From Camelus dromedarius (lineage: Eukaryota), in contig NC_087472.1 in assembly GCF_036321535.1 (NCBI RefSeq), forward strand, positions 93,188,001-93,252,000: 64,000 nt of DNA, in the 5' to 3' direction. Below, in pieces: positions 1 through 12,558 of this stretch. How positions within the stretch are numbered: position 1 is the stretch's first letter; each line of letters opens with the position of its first letter. The translations under genes were made by a program, and so were the position numbers. A model generated the notes under the pieces. It did not search any database. It was not told the DNA's origin and was given only the letters and a program-made list of their open reading frames with translations.

Positions 1-249
1 AGAGACATACTTCCAGAAGCCTGTATTTCTGGGTGAGACCCTACCTTCAGATATCCTTCACTGACAAACTACGCCTACAACTGACGTAATGAATCAGCAT
101 TCCAGGGTCATTTTAAGAGAATCCTGGGAGTGATGTAGTTCCTAAGGGCTTACTCTACCTGCATTTCCTGGCCAAGAAAGCACAGCTAGCATATACTTCC
201 AGATTATGCTGGAAGTTGAATTACCATTGCATATGGCCATTAAGCTGAC

Positions 250-751
250 TGTTACGGCCTGAATGTTGTATCCACCTATATTCATATGCTGAAGCCCTAA
301 TCCTCAGTGTGGCTGTATTTGGATACAAGGTCTCTAAGAAAGTAATTAAAATTAAATGAGGCCATTAATGGTGAGGACCCGATCCTAATAGGATTAGTGT
401 CCTTATAAGAAAGAGACACCAGAAAGCACGTGTGCACTCCCTCCTTGTCCCTCCCTCCCTCTCCTTCCCTTCCTGCCCCCTCCCTCCTTGCCCCCTCTTT
501 CTCTAATATATATAATACATATGTATATGTAAAAAAAAATACATCTCCATCCTTTTGCTTGCACATACCAAGGAAAGGCCTGAAAAGGCAGCCATTTGCA
601 AGCCAGGAAGAGAGATCTCATCAGAAACCGACCATGCTTGGCATCTTGGTCTGGGACTCTTAGCCTCCAGAACTGAGAGAAAGTAAATTTCTGTTGTTGA
701 AGTTACCCATTCTAAGGTATTTTGTTATGACAACCCAAGCAGTCTAATATA
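250..751 (+). mobile_element. MaLR solo LTR (MLT1A/B-like)
   Basis: Starts tgttacggcctgaatgt; contains the MLT1 motifs ggattagtgtccttataagaaagagacacc and gcctccagaactgagagaaagtaaatttctgttg; ends gcagtctaatata. Has an internal C/T-rich and TA-rich expansion. Confidence 0.85.
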
Positions 752-2365
752 CCAACCCAGACTGTAAACAGTAGAACCTGGGACACTTGTCATCATCCAT
801 GGAAACATATACCTTTATTTATTATCTTCTGTTCATAATGCAGTAATGCATGAACAACAGTTAAAAACATGCCCTAGAAATGTAATTTTTCATCAAAAAA
901 TGCGTATTTAAGTTCTGATCTTTGTAATCCTTTTCTTTTATGTAAAATCAAACCAAGAAGTTCATAATCAAGAAGAAAATCATTACCAAATTGGAGTTCT
1001 AAGTCAACTACCAACTGAGATTTTTGAGAGGTGATAAAATTTTAAATGAGGGACAAATATATAAAAAGGAGGCTTTAAAAAAGCTAATTAAGGAATAGGC
1101 TATAGCAGGAATTTCAAATTTGGAATTATGCTAATGAATAGTTTTTTATGTAGAAATTCAGGGTAATATTAGAGACAAGTTTCTTTAGTAATCAGAGATG
1201 CAATTCATATTATTCTGAAAAAGACTTTAGATAAAATATGTTTAATTGGAACTATCAAATGAGATGATTCTTAAGTACTATTGCAATGAATTATTTTTAA
1301 AATCTTAAATTTTAGAGACTTTTATATAGTTGGTGTCCAATTAATGTTTATTGAATGAATTAATATGTCAATAAGGACTAAAGGCACTCCCAGAATGTAA
1401 CTTTTAAACTTTTGGGAAATTCCTAAAGCAGTCTTTCCTTTATTTGAGATGCTGACTGGAAAGTAGTTACTTTCTCTGTTAAAATAAGGTAATTTTTGAC
1501 ATTAAAGGAAAGCAATATTGGAGGTCTAAGAGGGGGTGAACTAGTTTGAGTTTTTTCAAAAGAATTTTTTAAATCATTCATTTAATTATCATCTTTACCA
1601 GAAGCAGAGTACATATGTCTTCAAATAAAACTTCAAATAATTGTGGTATATGCTATTAGGCTTTGTAATAAAGAAGGATGGATGTATGGGTAAGTTGCTG
1701 TTCTCAGCTAATAGAGAATTACGTTCACCATTTCTGCAAATATAGTACCTGCTTTTGCTAAAGCACTGTCAGATGACCGAAAGCCTAGTACATTTTTTGT
1801 GACTTTAAGTGCTCCTGACTGAATTTCAATCCCAGTTCTTCTTTGACTATAGGAATCAACTTCTCTGTGCCTTACCTGTCTTATAAGCAATATGACATGG
1901 TTATATTAGTTGGTACCTTCCAAGTCTTAAAAATATAGAAATACCTCATAATGTGATAGTCCAAAAAATCAATCAAGTCATTGTTTTGGTTGTGTTATAG
2001 CAAGATTAGCTTAAAAGAGCAATATTTTTAATACTTCTTCCAGGTAACGTGTGGAAAAATAAAAACAAGTTTTCATTTATAGTAAATGTGGGAAATAGAC
2101 TGATACTAAGCTGAGAAAGTCTCAAATGATAATGCGGCAGTTACTTTCTAACTCATCTTAGTAGGAATATAGACACTTCAGCTGTCTGAGAATAGCAGAT
2201 GTATGGAGGCTTATAGACTAATATGCATTTTATTGTGCTGTGTGTGTATATGTATGTGTTTGTATATATGATATATATCCCATTGTTTTCATTCTTCATA
2301 GTGAAACTATTTACTGAATTAGTTCAATGATTGTCTATATCAGAATTTGATGATAATTAAGGAAT

Positions 2366-2426
2366 AATAATAATACCAATATACTACTGTATGCCAATAA
2401 TAATACCAATATACACTACTTATGCG
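2366..2426. repeat. ~30-bp tandem microduplication
   Basis: aataataataccaatatactactgtatgcc is followed by aataataataccaatatacactacttatgcg. Confidence 0.8.
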
Positions 2427-2610
2427 AGATTTTCACTGTTTTTACAAAGTATCTACATATTTCATTTCATTTTATATTTGGCTTTGAGCTGGAAGAGAAA
2501 ATTATTTAACTTAATTTCTATGTTGGCATAGTAAATGTGTAACACCACTGGAGGAACAGTAATGCAATTTGGCATTACATATTACATCAATTTCAAATAT
2601 GAATTTAACT

Positions 2611-2730
2611 TTAAGATGTGGCTGTAGGTGAACTTAAAAGAGACTTAGTGACATAAAAATTTGTTCCAATTCAAAATGTCACTTTAGGTGAATTGAAAAG
2701 AGACTTAGTGACATAAAATGTGTTTCGAAA
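2611..2730. repeat. 60-bp tandem duplication, 2 diverged copies
   Basis: 2611-2670 vs 2671-2730 match at about 47/60 ungapped; shared core aaaagagacttagtgacataaaa. Confidence 0.9.
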
Positions 2731-2743
2731 CTTAAATAAATAA

Positions 2744-3004
2744 TGTAACTGGTCAAAAGAATAGCAGCCCTTCCAGGGATACCCACATCCTAATCCCTGG
2801 AACATGTGACTATGTTATGGTAAATGGCAAAGCAGAATTAAAGTCACAGATGAAGCTGAGTTTCCTAACCAGATGACCTTAAGATAAAGACGTTATCCTA
2901 AATTATCGAGGTGGTTCCAAAGTAATCAGAAAGGTCCTGAAAGGTGGAATAGGCCAGCAAAAGTGAAGGTCAGAGGAGGAAGGATTTGAGCCCCATTGCT
3001 GGCT
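2744..3004 (+). mobile_element. MaLR LTR 5' fragment (MLT1D/E-like)
   Basis: cacatcctaatccctggaacatgtgactatgtta...ggcaaagcagaattaaag...gaccttaagata is typical MLT1 5' sequence. Confidence 0.75.
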
Positions 3005-3069
3005 AAAATACCTACTTACTTCACTTTGTAGTTTCATCTCATGTATAAAATTGTTTTTTGGACTTTATG

Positions 3070-3290
3070 CAAGTCTAATCACATTGTATGATTTTATGTC
3101 TCATTTCTCTTGTTTAGCATTGTGTTTACAAGTTCCTTAATGATTATGGCATGGAGCGAGTATCTATTCATTTGTGTTGCTTTGTAGTATCCACTGAATG
3201 TATATACCGCAATTTATTTGTGCATTCTACTTTTGATGGGCATTTGTGGTGTTTCCACTTTGAGCCTGTTAGAATGCTTTTGTGTGTGTG
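3070..3290 (-). mobile_element. Old L1M (L1ME-like) 3' fragment
   Basis: gtagtatccactgaatgtatataccgcaatttatttgtgcattctacttttgatgggcatttg is antisense L1 3' sequence. Confidence 0.7.
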
Positions 3291-3522
3291 TAGATATGGA
3301 TTACTTGTTGTAGATGAGTGTCTTTCATAAGCTTTGGTATTTGTCATTCTGTCTTAAAAGTTGCCCCGCTCCATTATTTTCTCTCTCATTCTGGGACATC
3401 AATTAAATGTAGATTAGGCCTTCTTATTGTAACTCTCTCTTCTCTATTTCCTTCATTTTGTCATTTTTGACTGAACTCTGGATTTTTTGTAATAATTCTC
3501 TATCTTGAGTTGTATCTATCTA

Positions 3523-3820
3523 CATGCATACTTTATTGCACTTTGCTTTATTGCATTTTGCAGATAATGTGATTTTATAAATTGAAGGTTTGTGGTAACC
3601 CTGCATTGTCAGATGATGCTTTGCATTTTATACCAATAAAGTATTTTTAATTAAGATATGTACAATTGTTTTAGACATAATGCTATTGCACATTTGATAG
3701 ACTATGGTATAGTGTAAACATAACACTGTATGCACTGGGAAACAAAAAATTAGTGTGACTCGCTTTAGTGTGGTATTCACTTTAATGCAGTGGTCTCAAA
3801 CTATCTCCAAGGTATGCCTG
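3523..3820 (+). mobile_element. Tigger1-derived internally deleted DNA transposon (TcMar-Tigger)
   Basis: Termini catgcatac and ggtatgcctg resemble the Tigger1 TIR CAGGCATAC; a TA lies to the left; internal aaattgaaggtttgtggtaaccctgc and tatgcactgggaaacaaaaaattagtgtgactcgcttta match Tigger1. Confidence 0.85.
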
Positions 3821-6800
3821 ACTATCCACTGAATTTTTCATTTAATTTATTATATTTAATTTTGGGGGGAGTATCTACTTAATTCTTTTCCAAAGTTACT
3901 CCATCACTTTTTAGAATCCCCTATGTCCCATATGCGTTTTCCAGCTTAGATTTCATATCTGTTACACTTATGAAGCTTATATAATATGTGCCAGTTCCAG
4001 TAGCTGAAATTTTTGTGGTTTTGTTTGTGCTCTGTTGACTCAGGTTATTCTCACTCATATCATATATTCCTACATGTGTATATAATCTGGATTTTTTTTC
4101 TTTTTAAGAAACTGTTTGCTAGTCTTATCTCTAGAGATTATAATACAAATGCAGTAAGTAAATATTGTTAAAATGCAACATGTTTCTTCTATATCCATAA
4201 AAATCAACTTATGGAGACACTTTTATGTGAATGTATTTTATTCCTTCAATTTTGGGGGGAGTGGTTGGATCAGTAATGATCTAGCTATAACCACATTCCT
4301 CACCATAGAAAGAAATGTTGCTTTTCATAAAATCTTTTTTTATCATGTAATCTTTTTAAATTAATAAACTTTATTTTTTAGAACAGCTTTAGGTTCACAG
4401 CAAAATTGAATGGAAAGTACAGAGAGTTCCTAGGTACCCTCTATTCCCATCAACATCATTATCATTCAAAGTCCATACTTTGCTTAAGAGTTCACTCTTG
4501 GTGTTGTACATTCTATGGATTTTAACAAATATATAATGATGTGTATCCACCATCCTAACATTGTACAGAGTACTTTGATTGTCAATAAAAACCCTGTGCT
4601 CTGCTTATTCATGCATCCCTCCTCCCTAACCCCTAGCAAAAACAAATCTTATTGTCTCCGAAGTTTTGCCTTTTCCAGAATGTCATATAATTGGATGACA
4701 TTGGATGATGTCATATAATACAGCAGGTACCCTTCTCAGATTATATTTTTTCATTTAGTAATATATATTAAGTTTTCCTCCATATATTTTCATGACTTGA
4801 TAGGTCATTTCTTTTCAATGCTGAAAATATTCCATTGTCTAGATGTGCCGTAGTTTATTTTTCCATTTACCAACTGAAGGATGTCTTGGTTGCTTCCAAG
4901 TTTTGGCAGTTATGGATAAAGCTGCTGTAAATGTCAACGTGAAAGTTTTTGTATGGATATAAGTTTTCAGTTGATTTGAGTAAATTCCAAGGAGCATGAC
5001 TGCTGGGTTGTCTAGCAAGAGTATGTTTAATTTTGTAAGAAACTACAAAACTGTCTTTTGAAGTGTCTGTACCCTTTGCATTCCCACCAGTAGTGGATGA
5101 AAATTCATGTTGCTCCACATTCTTGTCAGCATTTGATGTTGTCGTTGTTCTACATTTTGGACATTCTAGTAGGTGTGTTGTGGTATCTGATTGTTTTAAT
5201 TTGCATTTCCCTGATGACCTACAAGGTGAAGCATGTATTCATATATTTATTTGCCATCTATATATCTTCTTTGGTTAAGGGCTTTGGCCCATTTTTTAAT
5301 CAGGTGGTTTATTTTCTTACTGTTGAATTAAAAAAAAATTCTTTGTATATTTTAGATAAAAGTTCTTTATCAGATGTGTCTTTTGCAAGTATTTTCTCCC
5401 AGTCTGGATTGTCTTCTCATTCTCTTGATATTGTCTTTCACAGAGCAGAACTTTGTAATTGTCATGAAATACATTTCATCAGTTCTTTCTTTCATTGATC
5501 ATGACTTTGGTGTTGTATCTAAACATTCCTCACCACATTCAGTGTAATTTAGGTTTTCGCCTCTGTTGTCTTCTAGGAGTTTTGCATTTCACTTTTAGGT
5601 CTGTGACTCATTTTGAGTTAATTTTTATAAAAGGTATAAGATCTGTGTAAGATCTGTGTCTAGATTCTTTTGTTTGTTTGTTTGTTTGTTTTTAATGTGG
5701 ATATCTAGTTGTTTCATGATCTGGAATTAGAAAGTATTCCCTTTGCTTCTATCTTCTGGAAAAGATTGTAGAGAATAGATATAATTTTTTCCTTAAATGT
5801 CAAGTAGAATTCACCAGTGAACCTATCTGGGCCTGATGCGGTCTGTTTTGGAAGGTTATTAATTATTTAGTCAATTTATTTAATAAATATAGGCCTATTC
5901 AGTTTGTCTATTTCTTTTGTGTGAGTAAAATAATTCAGTTCAGGTTATTCTATTTATTATTGTGTAAGTTTTGGCAGATTGTTTTTTTCAAGGAAGTGGT
6001 CCATTTCATTTAGGTTAGCAAACTTGAGAGCATAGAGTTGTTCATAGTATACCTTGATTATCCTTTTAATGTCCATGAACACTCTCTAGTGAGGCCCTTT
6101 TTTTCATTTCTAATGTCAGTAATTCATGTCTTCTTTCTTTTAGTTAGCCTGGCTAGAGGACTATCAATTTTACTGATCTTTTCAAATCACCAGTTTTATT
6201 TTTGTTGTTTTTCTTGATTGGTTTCATCTAAAAAATTTCATTGATTTCTCCTCTAATTCTTATTATTGCTTTTCTTCTACTTACCTTGGATTTAACTTGG
6301 TCTTCTTTTTCTAATTTCCTGAAGGGAAACTTAGATGATTAATTTTAGATATTTTCTTTTCTATCATATGCTTTCAGTGCTACAAATTTCCTTCTATGCA
6401 CTGCTTTCACGGCATCCCACAAATCTTGATAAGTTGCTTTTAATTTTCATTTAATTTGAAATACTTCAAAATTTCTCTGGAGATTTCTTTTTGACCCATC
6501 TGTTATTTAGAAACCTGTTTAATCTTCAAGTATGTTGGATTTTCCAACTATCTTTCTGTTACTGATTTCTAGTTTAATTCCATTGTGGTCTGTGAGCAAA
6601 CATAGTATGATTTCCATTCTTTTAAATTTGTTATGTTTTATGGCCCAGAATGTGGTCTACCTGTCTATCGTGATGAATGTTCCGTGTGAGCTTGAGAAGA
6701 ATTTGTATTCTGCTGTCATTGGATGACATAATCCAAAGATGTCCATTCTATTCAATTCATTGATTATGTTGTTGAGTTCAGCTATATCCTTACTTACTTT

Positions 6801-7320
6801 TGCCTGCTGTATCTGTCCATTTCTGACAGAAGGATGTTGATGTCTCCAACTGTAATATGGATTCATCTAGCTCTCTTTGCAGTTCTATTAGTTTTTGCCT
6901 CATTTATTTTGATGTTGTGTTGTTAGGGGCATACTTGTGAAGATTATGTCTTATTGGAGAATTGACCCCTCTGTCATTAAAAAATATCCCTCTTTGTGTC
7001 TGATAACTTTCTTTGCTTTGGAGTATGCTCTGTCTGAAATTAAAATACCTTCTGCTTTTTATTGATTCATGTTAGCATGATATATTTTTCTCCATCTATT
7101 TACTTTTAATCTATGTATATCTTTATATTTAAAGTGGGTTTCTGGTACATAACACATAATCTTGTTTTTGATCCTCTTTGACAACCTCCTTTAATTGGTG
7201 CATTTAGATCATTGGCATTCAAAGTGATTATTGATATAGTTGGATTAATATCTACCATATTTGTTACTGTTTTCTATTATTTTTGCTTTTTCTTTGTTCC
7301 TAATTTTGTCTTTCACTCTT

Positions 7321-7390
7321 TTTTTTGTTGAAGTATAGTCAGTTTACAATGTTGTGTTAATTTCTGGTGTACAGCATAGTGATTCCAGTT

Positions 7391-7433
<43 letters not shown>

Positions 7434-7622
7434 TCCATTTTATATTCTTTTTCATTGTAGGTCATTACAAGATACTGAATATAATTCCCTGTGCTATACT
7501 ATAGGACCATGTTGTTTTTCTTTTTTGTATATAGTAGTTAATATCTGCAAATCCCCAACTCCAATTTATCCCTTCCCACCCCCTTTCCCCCCTGGTAACT
7601 GTGAGGTTTTTTTCTATGTCTG
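7321..7622 (-). mobile_element. Younger 5'-truncated L1 3' end with 15-bp TSD
   Basis: Poly-T followed by gttgaagtatagtcagtttacaatgttgtg; TSD ttgtctttcactctt at 7306-7320 and 7623-7637. Confidence 0.9.
7397..7430. repeat. (TG)n microsatellite
   Basis: About 17 TG units. Confidence 0.95.
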
Positions 7623-9133
7623 TTGTCTTTCACTCTTTTCTGACCTTCTGTGGTTTTAACTGAGCATATTATATGATTCCTTTTTCTTTTCTCTTAGCAT
7701 AACGTATGAATTGCACTTCTTCCTTTTATGCTTTTTAAGTTGTTGCTGTAGAATTTGCAATATACATTTACAACTAATCCAGTCCACTTTTATGTAACAG
7801 TACAGTTTCATGGGTAATGCAAGTACTTTATAACAAAGTAATTCTAATTCCTCCCTCCTATTCCTTGTATCACTGTTGCCATTCATTTTGCTTATACATA
7901 AGCATGCATAAGCACACATATATATATTTTTTCTCAATGAGTGGATTGTCAGATTCCCACATTAGGAAGGCCCTGGACTTTGCCTTTTCTGTTGCCATAT
8001 GAGATTGACCAAACTGCGGCTTTGTTTCTCAGTTTTGTTTTTTTTTTCCAGATTAGAGAATGTCATTAAGGCAAAATTAGCTTTGGAAGCTTAAGTAACC
8101 TTTTTGGGCTTTCACTTTTTCCTGTATCTTCTTCATTTTCATGCTATCTCTTTGATGTTTTTTAGAAGCTATTTTAAAACTTTTTATTACTTGCTAGGGG
8201 AGAATAGGAGTTTGTTACCTAGTTTGCCATTTCAAGAAGTGAAAATCTCACAGCATTGGTTTTTAAATTAAAGTTTCAATGAGTATTTCTTTGCAATACA
8301 AACAAAATTTCATGGTCATCTCTCACCACAGATTTGTGGGACTCTGTCAGGGGTCACATTTCAGAAGCCTGGCTTCATTCTCTCTTCATGGATTTACAAG
8401 TAATAAGAGCATGAACTATTAATCATTCTCTCAAATTAAGGCATAAAAATACTGGCCCCGAAAGAGAATCAAAGGGAGAGGGAGAGATTTTTTTTTTATA
8501 GGATGTTAGAACCTAAACTTTTCAAACCATTTAGGTTCAGATGTCTACCTGGATATGAACAGTACAGATATAAGTGATTTTGCTGGAATCAACTTGATTG
8601 CAGCAGACAACATAGATAATCTGAGTGGAAGACCTCTTTCCTTGTGCATGAAAGGCATAGAACATACTCTCATGATTTTCCCCAGAAACTTAAAGAAAAT
8701 TAACCTGGACTTCTCTCAGTCAAATTAATTCTTTATTTGAGCCTAGGAGTTTTCAAGTTAAGACTAAATACATGGGCTGGGCACTTTTTTTTTCATTTGA
8801 TAAGAATTAATCCTGCTTATATAGTTTTTCAACAAAGGTGTGTTGTATTTTAACCCTCGTCCTTAAAATCTAGAAATTCGAAGAATGTTAGAAAATAACA
8901 CATGAAATCATTGAAATTGAACTCAGAAGATGTTCAGTGACCTATATAATAAGCAATCAGAAATAAACAGGATTTTAATTTCTTCTGAATGTTCAAGCAT
9001 GTAATTTTTAAATGCTGTTTTAAAATCTAAGCTATTTGATAGCAATTGAGTTCTAATTGCTCAAAAGTATGTTCCAACACAGTTATTAAAGAAATCGGTT
9101 ATTGCCTGAGGTAGATAGATATAATTTAAATCT

Positions 9134-9420
9134 ATACAAATTAGTTATCATTGATCCAGTTGACACTCAGTACATTTTTATTTTAATTCTCCTTGTTTAT
9201 TAGCCAAAGGCAGTTTGCATAAATTTATAATCATGACTCATGATGTGCACCAGTTGCTTTTTTTAAAAAAATAAATGACATTGATTAATATTGTCTAAGA
9301 ATCATTGCTATTTTACATTTGTATATGTGAATGTACTGGTATTTTTTAAGGCAAAAATGATGTATTAACAGTTAATCTCTAAAGAGGTTCCTTTAAAAAC
9401 TGAACTTTGTATTTAGTACA
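9134..9420 (+). repeat. Duplicated non-coding module, copy 1 (partner at 11293-11565)
   Basis: Core 9196-9246 matches 11359-11409 at 47/51; the flanks align but are more diverged. Confidence 0.85.
9230..9244. promoter_or_regulatory. Candidate AP-1 site (TGACTCA) within the 15-bp palindrome ATCATGACTCATGAT; GCCNNNGGC at 9203-9211
   Basis: Motif match, retained in both duplicate copies. No functional evidence. Confidence 0.4.
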
Positions 9421-9819
9421 ATATATGATGATTTTTAAAGATATGTTCCTATCAATTGACGTAATTGAATTTTTTTGTTGTTCAATTTGAATTTCTTTAT
9501 TCATTCAAGAAGTGCCTTTCTATTTGTAATTTATTTGTCATATGCTCATCACAAGTGCATCTTGAAAAGTAATCAAATCAACTTTTGAGGATAATTGAGG
9601 AGGTGATGAAGCATGGTTTCTGGAGGTTGCATGCATGTAATTTCCTATCTTCTTTCTTGAATCCAGTATAAAACACTATAATATTGATCCATCACTGAAA
9701 CTTTGGATAACTCCTAATTATGACCTCTAGACCCACTGGTTGAGGGTATTATGGAACTTGGTAAGCAAAATAAGTCCTCCTTCCACCTGGAGTAAGAGTT
9801 CTTAACACAAGGACCAGAT

Positions 9820-9990
9820 GGCATATGGAATGATGAGTACAACATCACTTTGGAGTTGGAGAGAGTAGACTGATACTACAGCTCTGTTCGTAACAGCCAG
9901 AGGAAGTAGGCTTGCTTTCCTGGTTTGTACTTTGAGATCCCAATTGTTTCTGCATCACAGGGATGTTGTGAAGGTTGAGATAAGATGTGG
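9820..9990 (+). mobile_element. MIR SINE remnant
   Basis: ctttggagttggagag...cacagggatgttgtgaaggttgagataagat is degenerate MIR. Confidence 0.55.
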
Positions 9991-10129
9991 CTGAAACTTC
10001 ATCTGATTAGAAAATCAGGCATATGAACTAGTAACTCTTTGCAATGAAACAAGTGAAAAATAGAACTAAAACCAGTGTGCTGTAGGAATAGAGTTAGGGA
10101 ATGGTCAATTTTTATACAGGGACAATTAT

Positions 10130-10660
10130 TATTTTTAATTTTATTGTGGTAAGAACACATTATATCTACCCTCTTAGCAAATTTTTAAGTGCTCAATACA
10201 GTGTTTTTGACTTTTGACAGCAAAGTGTGTTGTATGGAAGTAGAATTTATTCATCTTGCTAAACTTACACCAATTGACTGGTGACTCCTCATTTTCCCCT
10301 CTCCTCAGCCCTCATTTCACAATTCAGTTCTATACATTTAACTATTTTTGATACCTCATATAAGTGAAATCATGCAGTATTTGCCTTTTGCAACTCATTT
10401 ATTTCACTTGGTATAATGTCCTCCAGGTTCATTCATATTGTAACGTGTCAGAATTTCTTCCTTTTTAAGGCTCAGTAATATTCCATTGCATGTATATATC
10501 ACATGTTTTTAAATTTTTCCATCTGTTTTCACAACTTAGCTATTGTTAATAGAATCACAACAGACATGGGTGTATTAACATCCCACTGAGATCCTGACTT
10601 CATTCATTTTGGATAAATACCCTGAAGTGGGATTGCTGGATTATATAATTAATTTTTAAG
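10130..10660 (-). mobile_element. L1MA/L1MB-like 3' end
   Basis: ttttattgtggtaagaacac...tctaccctcttagcaaatttttaagtg...gatacctcatataagtgaaatcatgcagtatttg. Confidence 0.85.
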
Positions 10661-11292
10661 AAGGTGGAAAGTGAATAAGTTGAGAAATGATGTTTTACTG
10701 GTTGGACTTGGTTATTTCTGATAATTACAAATTCAGCATAACTATGCCTTGATTTGAATTTTCTGCGAGGTAGTTTGAGTGTGGGGGTCAGAAGTGCTCA
10801 GGGTTGATGTTATTTTGGTGGAATTTTCACTTGTTTTAGCATCTTCTATACTTTTCAAGATCATATTTTAATATTACCTATGCAAAACTAACTTTTCTGC
10901 CTGATGAAAGCCTTGAGGACATTCTAAGCCTGCAGTTTGTCAAGGGCTTTTAACTAATTTTTTTCTTTATAAAAAGATTAACTAGAAATTAGATATAAGG
11001 GAAATTAAGTGTATTTGATGAACTTAAATTCCATTTCTCTCATGACAAATGTCATAATGATTTTCTGATAAGAATCAACATAATGTAAGAATTTCACATT
11101 GTTTCCCTTCATCATTCTTCAATATCAAATGTGCCAGAAAGGCACATAACATTTAAACTTTGCTGATAGCTAAAATAATTTTTAAAATGTGTGTATAGAA
11201 ACAAGGTTGGACACTAATGTTTGGGATAAAAAGGCATATAAAGAAGAAATTTGAAGAGATGGCATTTAAGAAAGGAACTAGGATAAGAAGTG

Positions 11293-11565
11293 ATACAAAT
11301 TAGCTATCATAGATAGATCAGGGTGACACTCAAAGGATTTTAGTTTTAAACCTGCTAATTTATTAGCCAAGGGCAGTTTCCATACAATTATAATCATGAC
11401 TCATGATGTACAACAATTGCTTTTTAAAAAATGGCACTGATTAATGTTTAAAAATCACTTCCTTGTCAGAATGTGTACATTAGCATTTTTAAGATAGAAC
11501 AGCATTTTGAATGTTATTTTTTATAAATAAATTGCTTCAAAAACCCAAACTTTATATTTTGCCAT
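11293..11565 (+). repeat. Duplicated non-coding module, copy 2
   Basis: Offset 2163 bp from copy 1; the 22-bp block ttataatcatgactcatgatgt is identical. Confidence 0.85.
11393..11407. promoter_or_regulatory. Candidate AP-1 palindrome, copy 2; GCCNNNGGC at 11366-11374
   Basis: Motif match only. Confidence 0.4.
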
Positions 11566-11909
11566 AGTGCTTAATGTATGTGTTTCATAACACTACTAAT
11601 GTTGGGTACAAATAAAATACAGGGCAGGATCTGTCAGCAGCATAGTTAAAGCTATGACATAGTTTAAAGAACACACCTTCTAAATAATAACCAGTTCAAT
11701 TTGTCAGTTGTTTCAAGATAAGTCTCAGCAATTCTCAGTGCCGTTTTTAGTATTTATGTGATAGATTTCATACTGTGGAGTTGTTGTGTGGCGTGGAGGA
11801 GGTAGCACATGAAAAAGTGAGGTGCGATAGATAAAGCAGAGGTAAGGTCAGCATGACTACATTGAGGACCTAAAAGGAAAATAGTGTAAGTTTTGCTGAG
11901 ATAATCAAC

Positions 11910-12558
11910 TTGACCTCCATAATCTCCCACCTGGATTGCTTCAGTTGTCTCTCTTCTGCTTTTATCAAAATGCATTTATTCTTTACACAATATGAACCAG
12001 ATTCTTTCTCTTCCGCTTAAGTTCTTATTATGCTTAGACTTAATCCAAGCTCTCGGTTCTAGTTTCCAGAGTCCTAAATTATCTGTCTCTACTTATCCCT
12101 TTGACTTCACCCACACTTTTCTCTCTTGCTCACTGTGCTTCAGCAGGACTGGCCTTTTGTTTTCTTTTATTCCTACACAATACCAAGCTCATCACAACCG
12201 TTAGGCTTTTGCATTATTGTGCACCTCTGTTTGGAATGCTTTTCCCTGTGCGTGTCTGGTTTCTTCTTGTCATTTAGAGCTTTTGTGTTCTTAAAGGGGC
12301 TTTCTCTGACCAATTTATTCTGAAATAGCCACCTAGTAACCATGAAATTTCCCAATTTAATTTTATGAGCAGCAAATATAGCTTACTGATATTTCCTTGA
12401 TTCTTTGTTTATTGATAGATTATTTTCTTTTTCTTTGTCCACTAAAATGTAAACTCTGTGAGAAGAGGAATTTCTTCTGTCTTGTTTACTAATGTAACCA
12501 CCTGGAATGGTACTTGGCACATAGGAGATACTCAGAAAATACTTATTAAATGAATGAG
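11910..12558 (+). mobile_element. L2 LINE 3' fragment
   Basis: ccactaaaatgtaaactctgtgagaagagg...tggcacataggagatactcagaaaatacttattaaatgaatgag is the L2 tail. Confidence 0.8.

Larger units (their letters stand above)
4362..7930 (-). mobile_element. L1MC-like LINE-1 (3' UTR plus decayed ORF2, internal deletion near 5715), interrupted at 7321-7622
   Basis: 3' end aaactttattttttagaacagctttaggttcacagcaaaattg. Minus-strand ORF 6657..6866 (KDIAELNNIINELNRMDIF...EYKFFSSSHGTFITID) resembles the L1 endonuclease region. Confidence 0.85.

Noticed and set aside
297..663. Overlapping ORFs and a G-rich minus-strand tract (G4/triplex-like)
   Set aside because: Low-complexity expansion inside an MLT1 LTR.
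5063..5498. Hydrophobic plus-strand ORFs up to 133 aa (similar ones at 32321, 36358, 41089, 58449-59282)
   Set aside because: Antisense readings of T-rich L1 sequence, not membrane proteins.
8509..8538. Short inverted repeats (gaacctaaa/tttaggttc here; also near 46133 and 62811)
   Set aside because: Arms of 6-9 bp are expected by chance in 64 kb of AT-rich DNA.
9230..9244. Palindrome as a miRNA or snoRNA hairpin
   Set aside because: The stem is only 7 bp with no extended pairing, and there is no complete C/D or H/ACA box arrangement.
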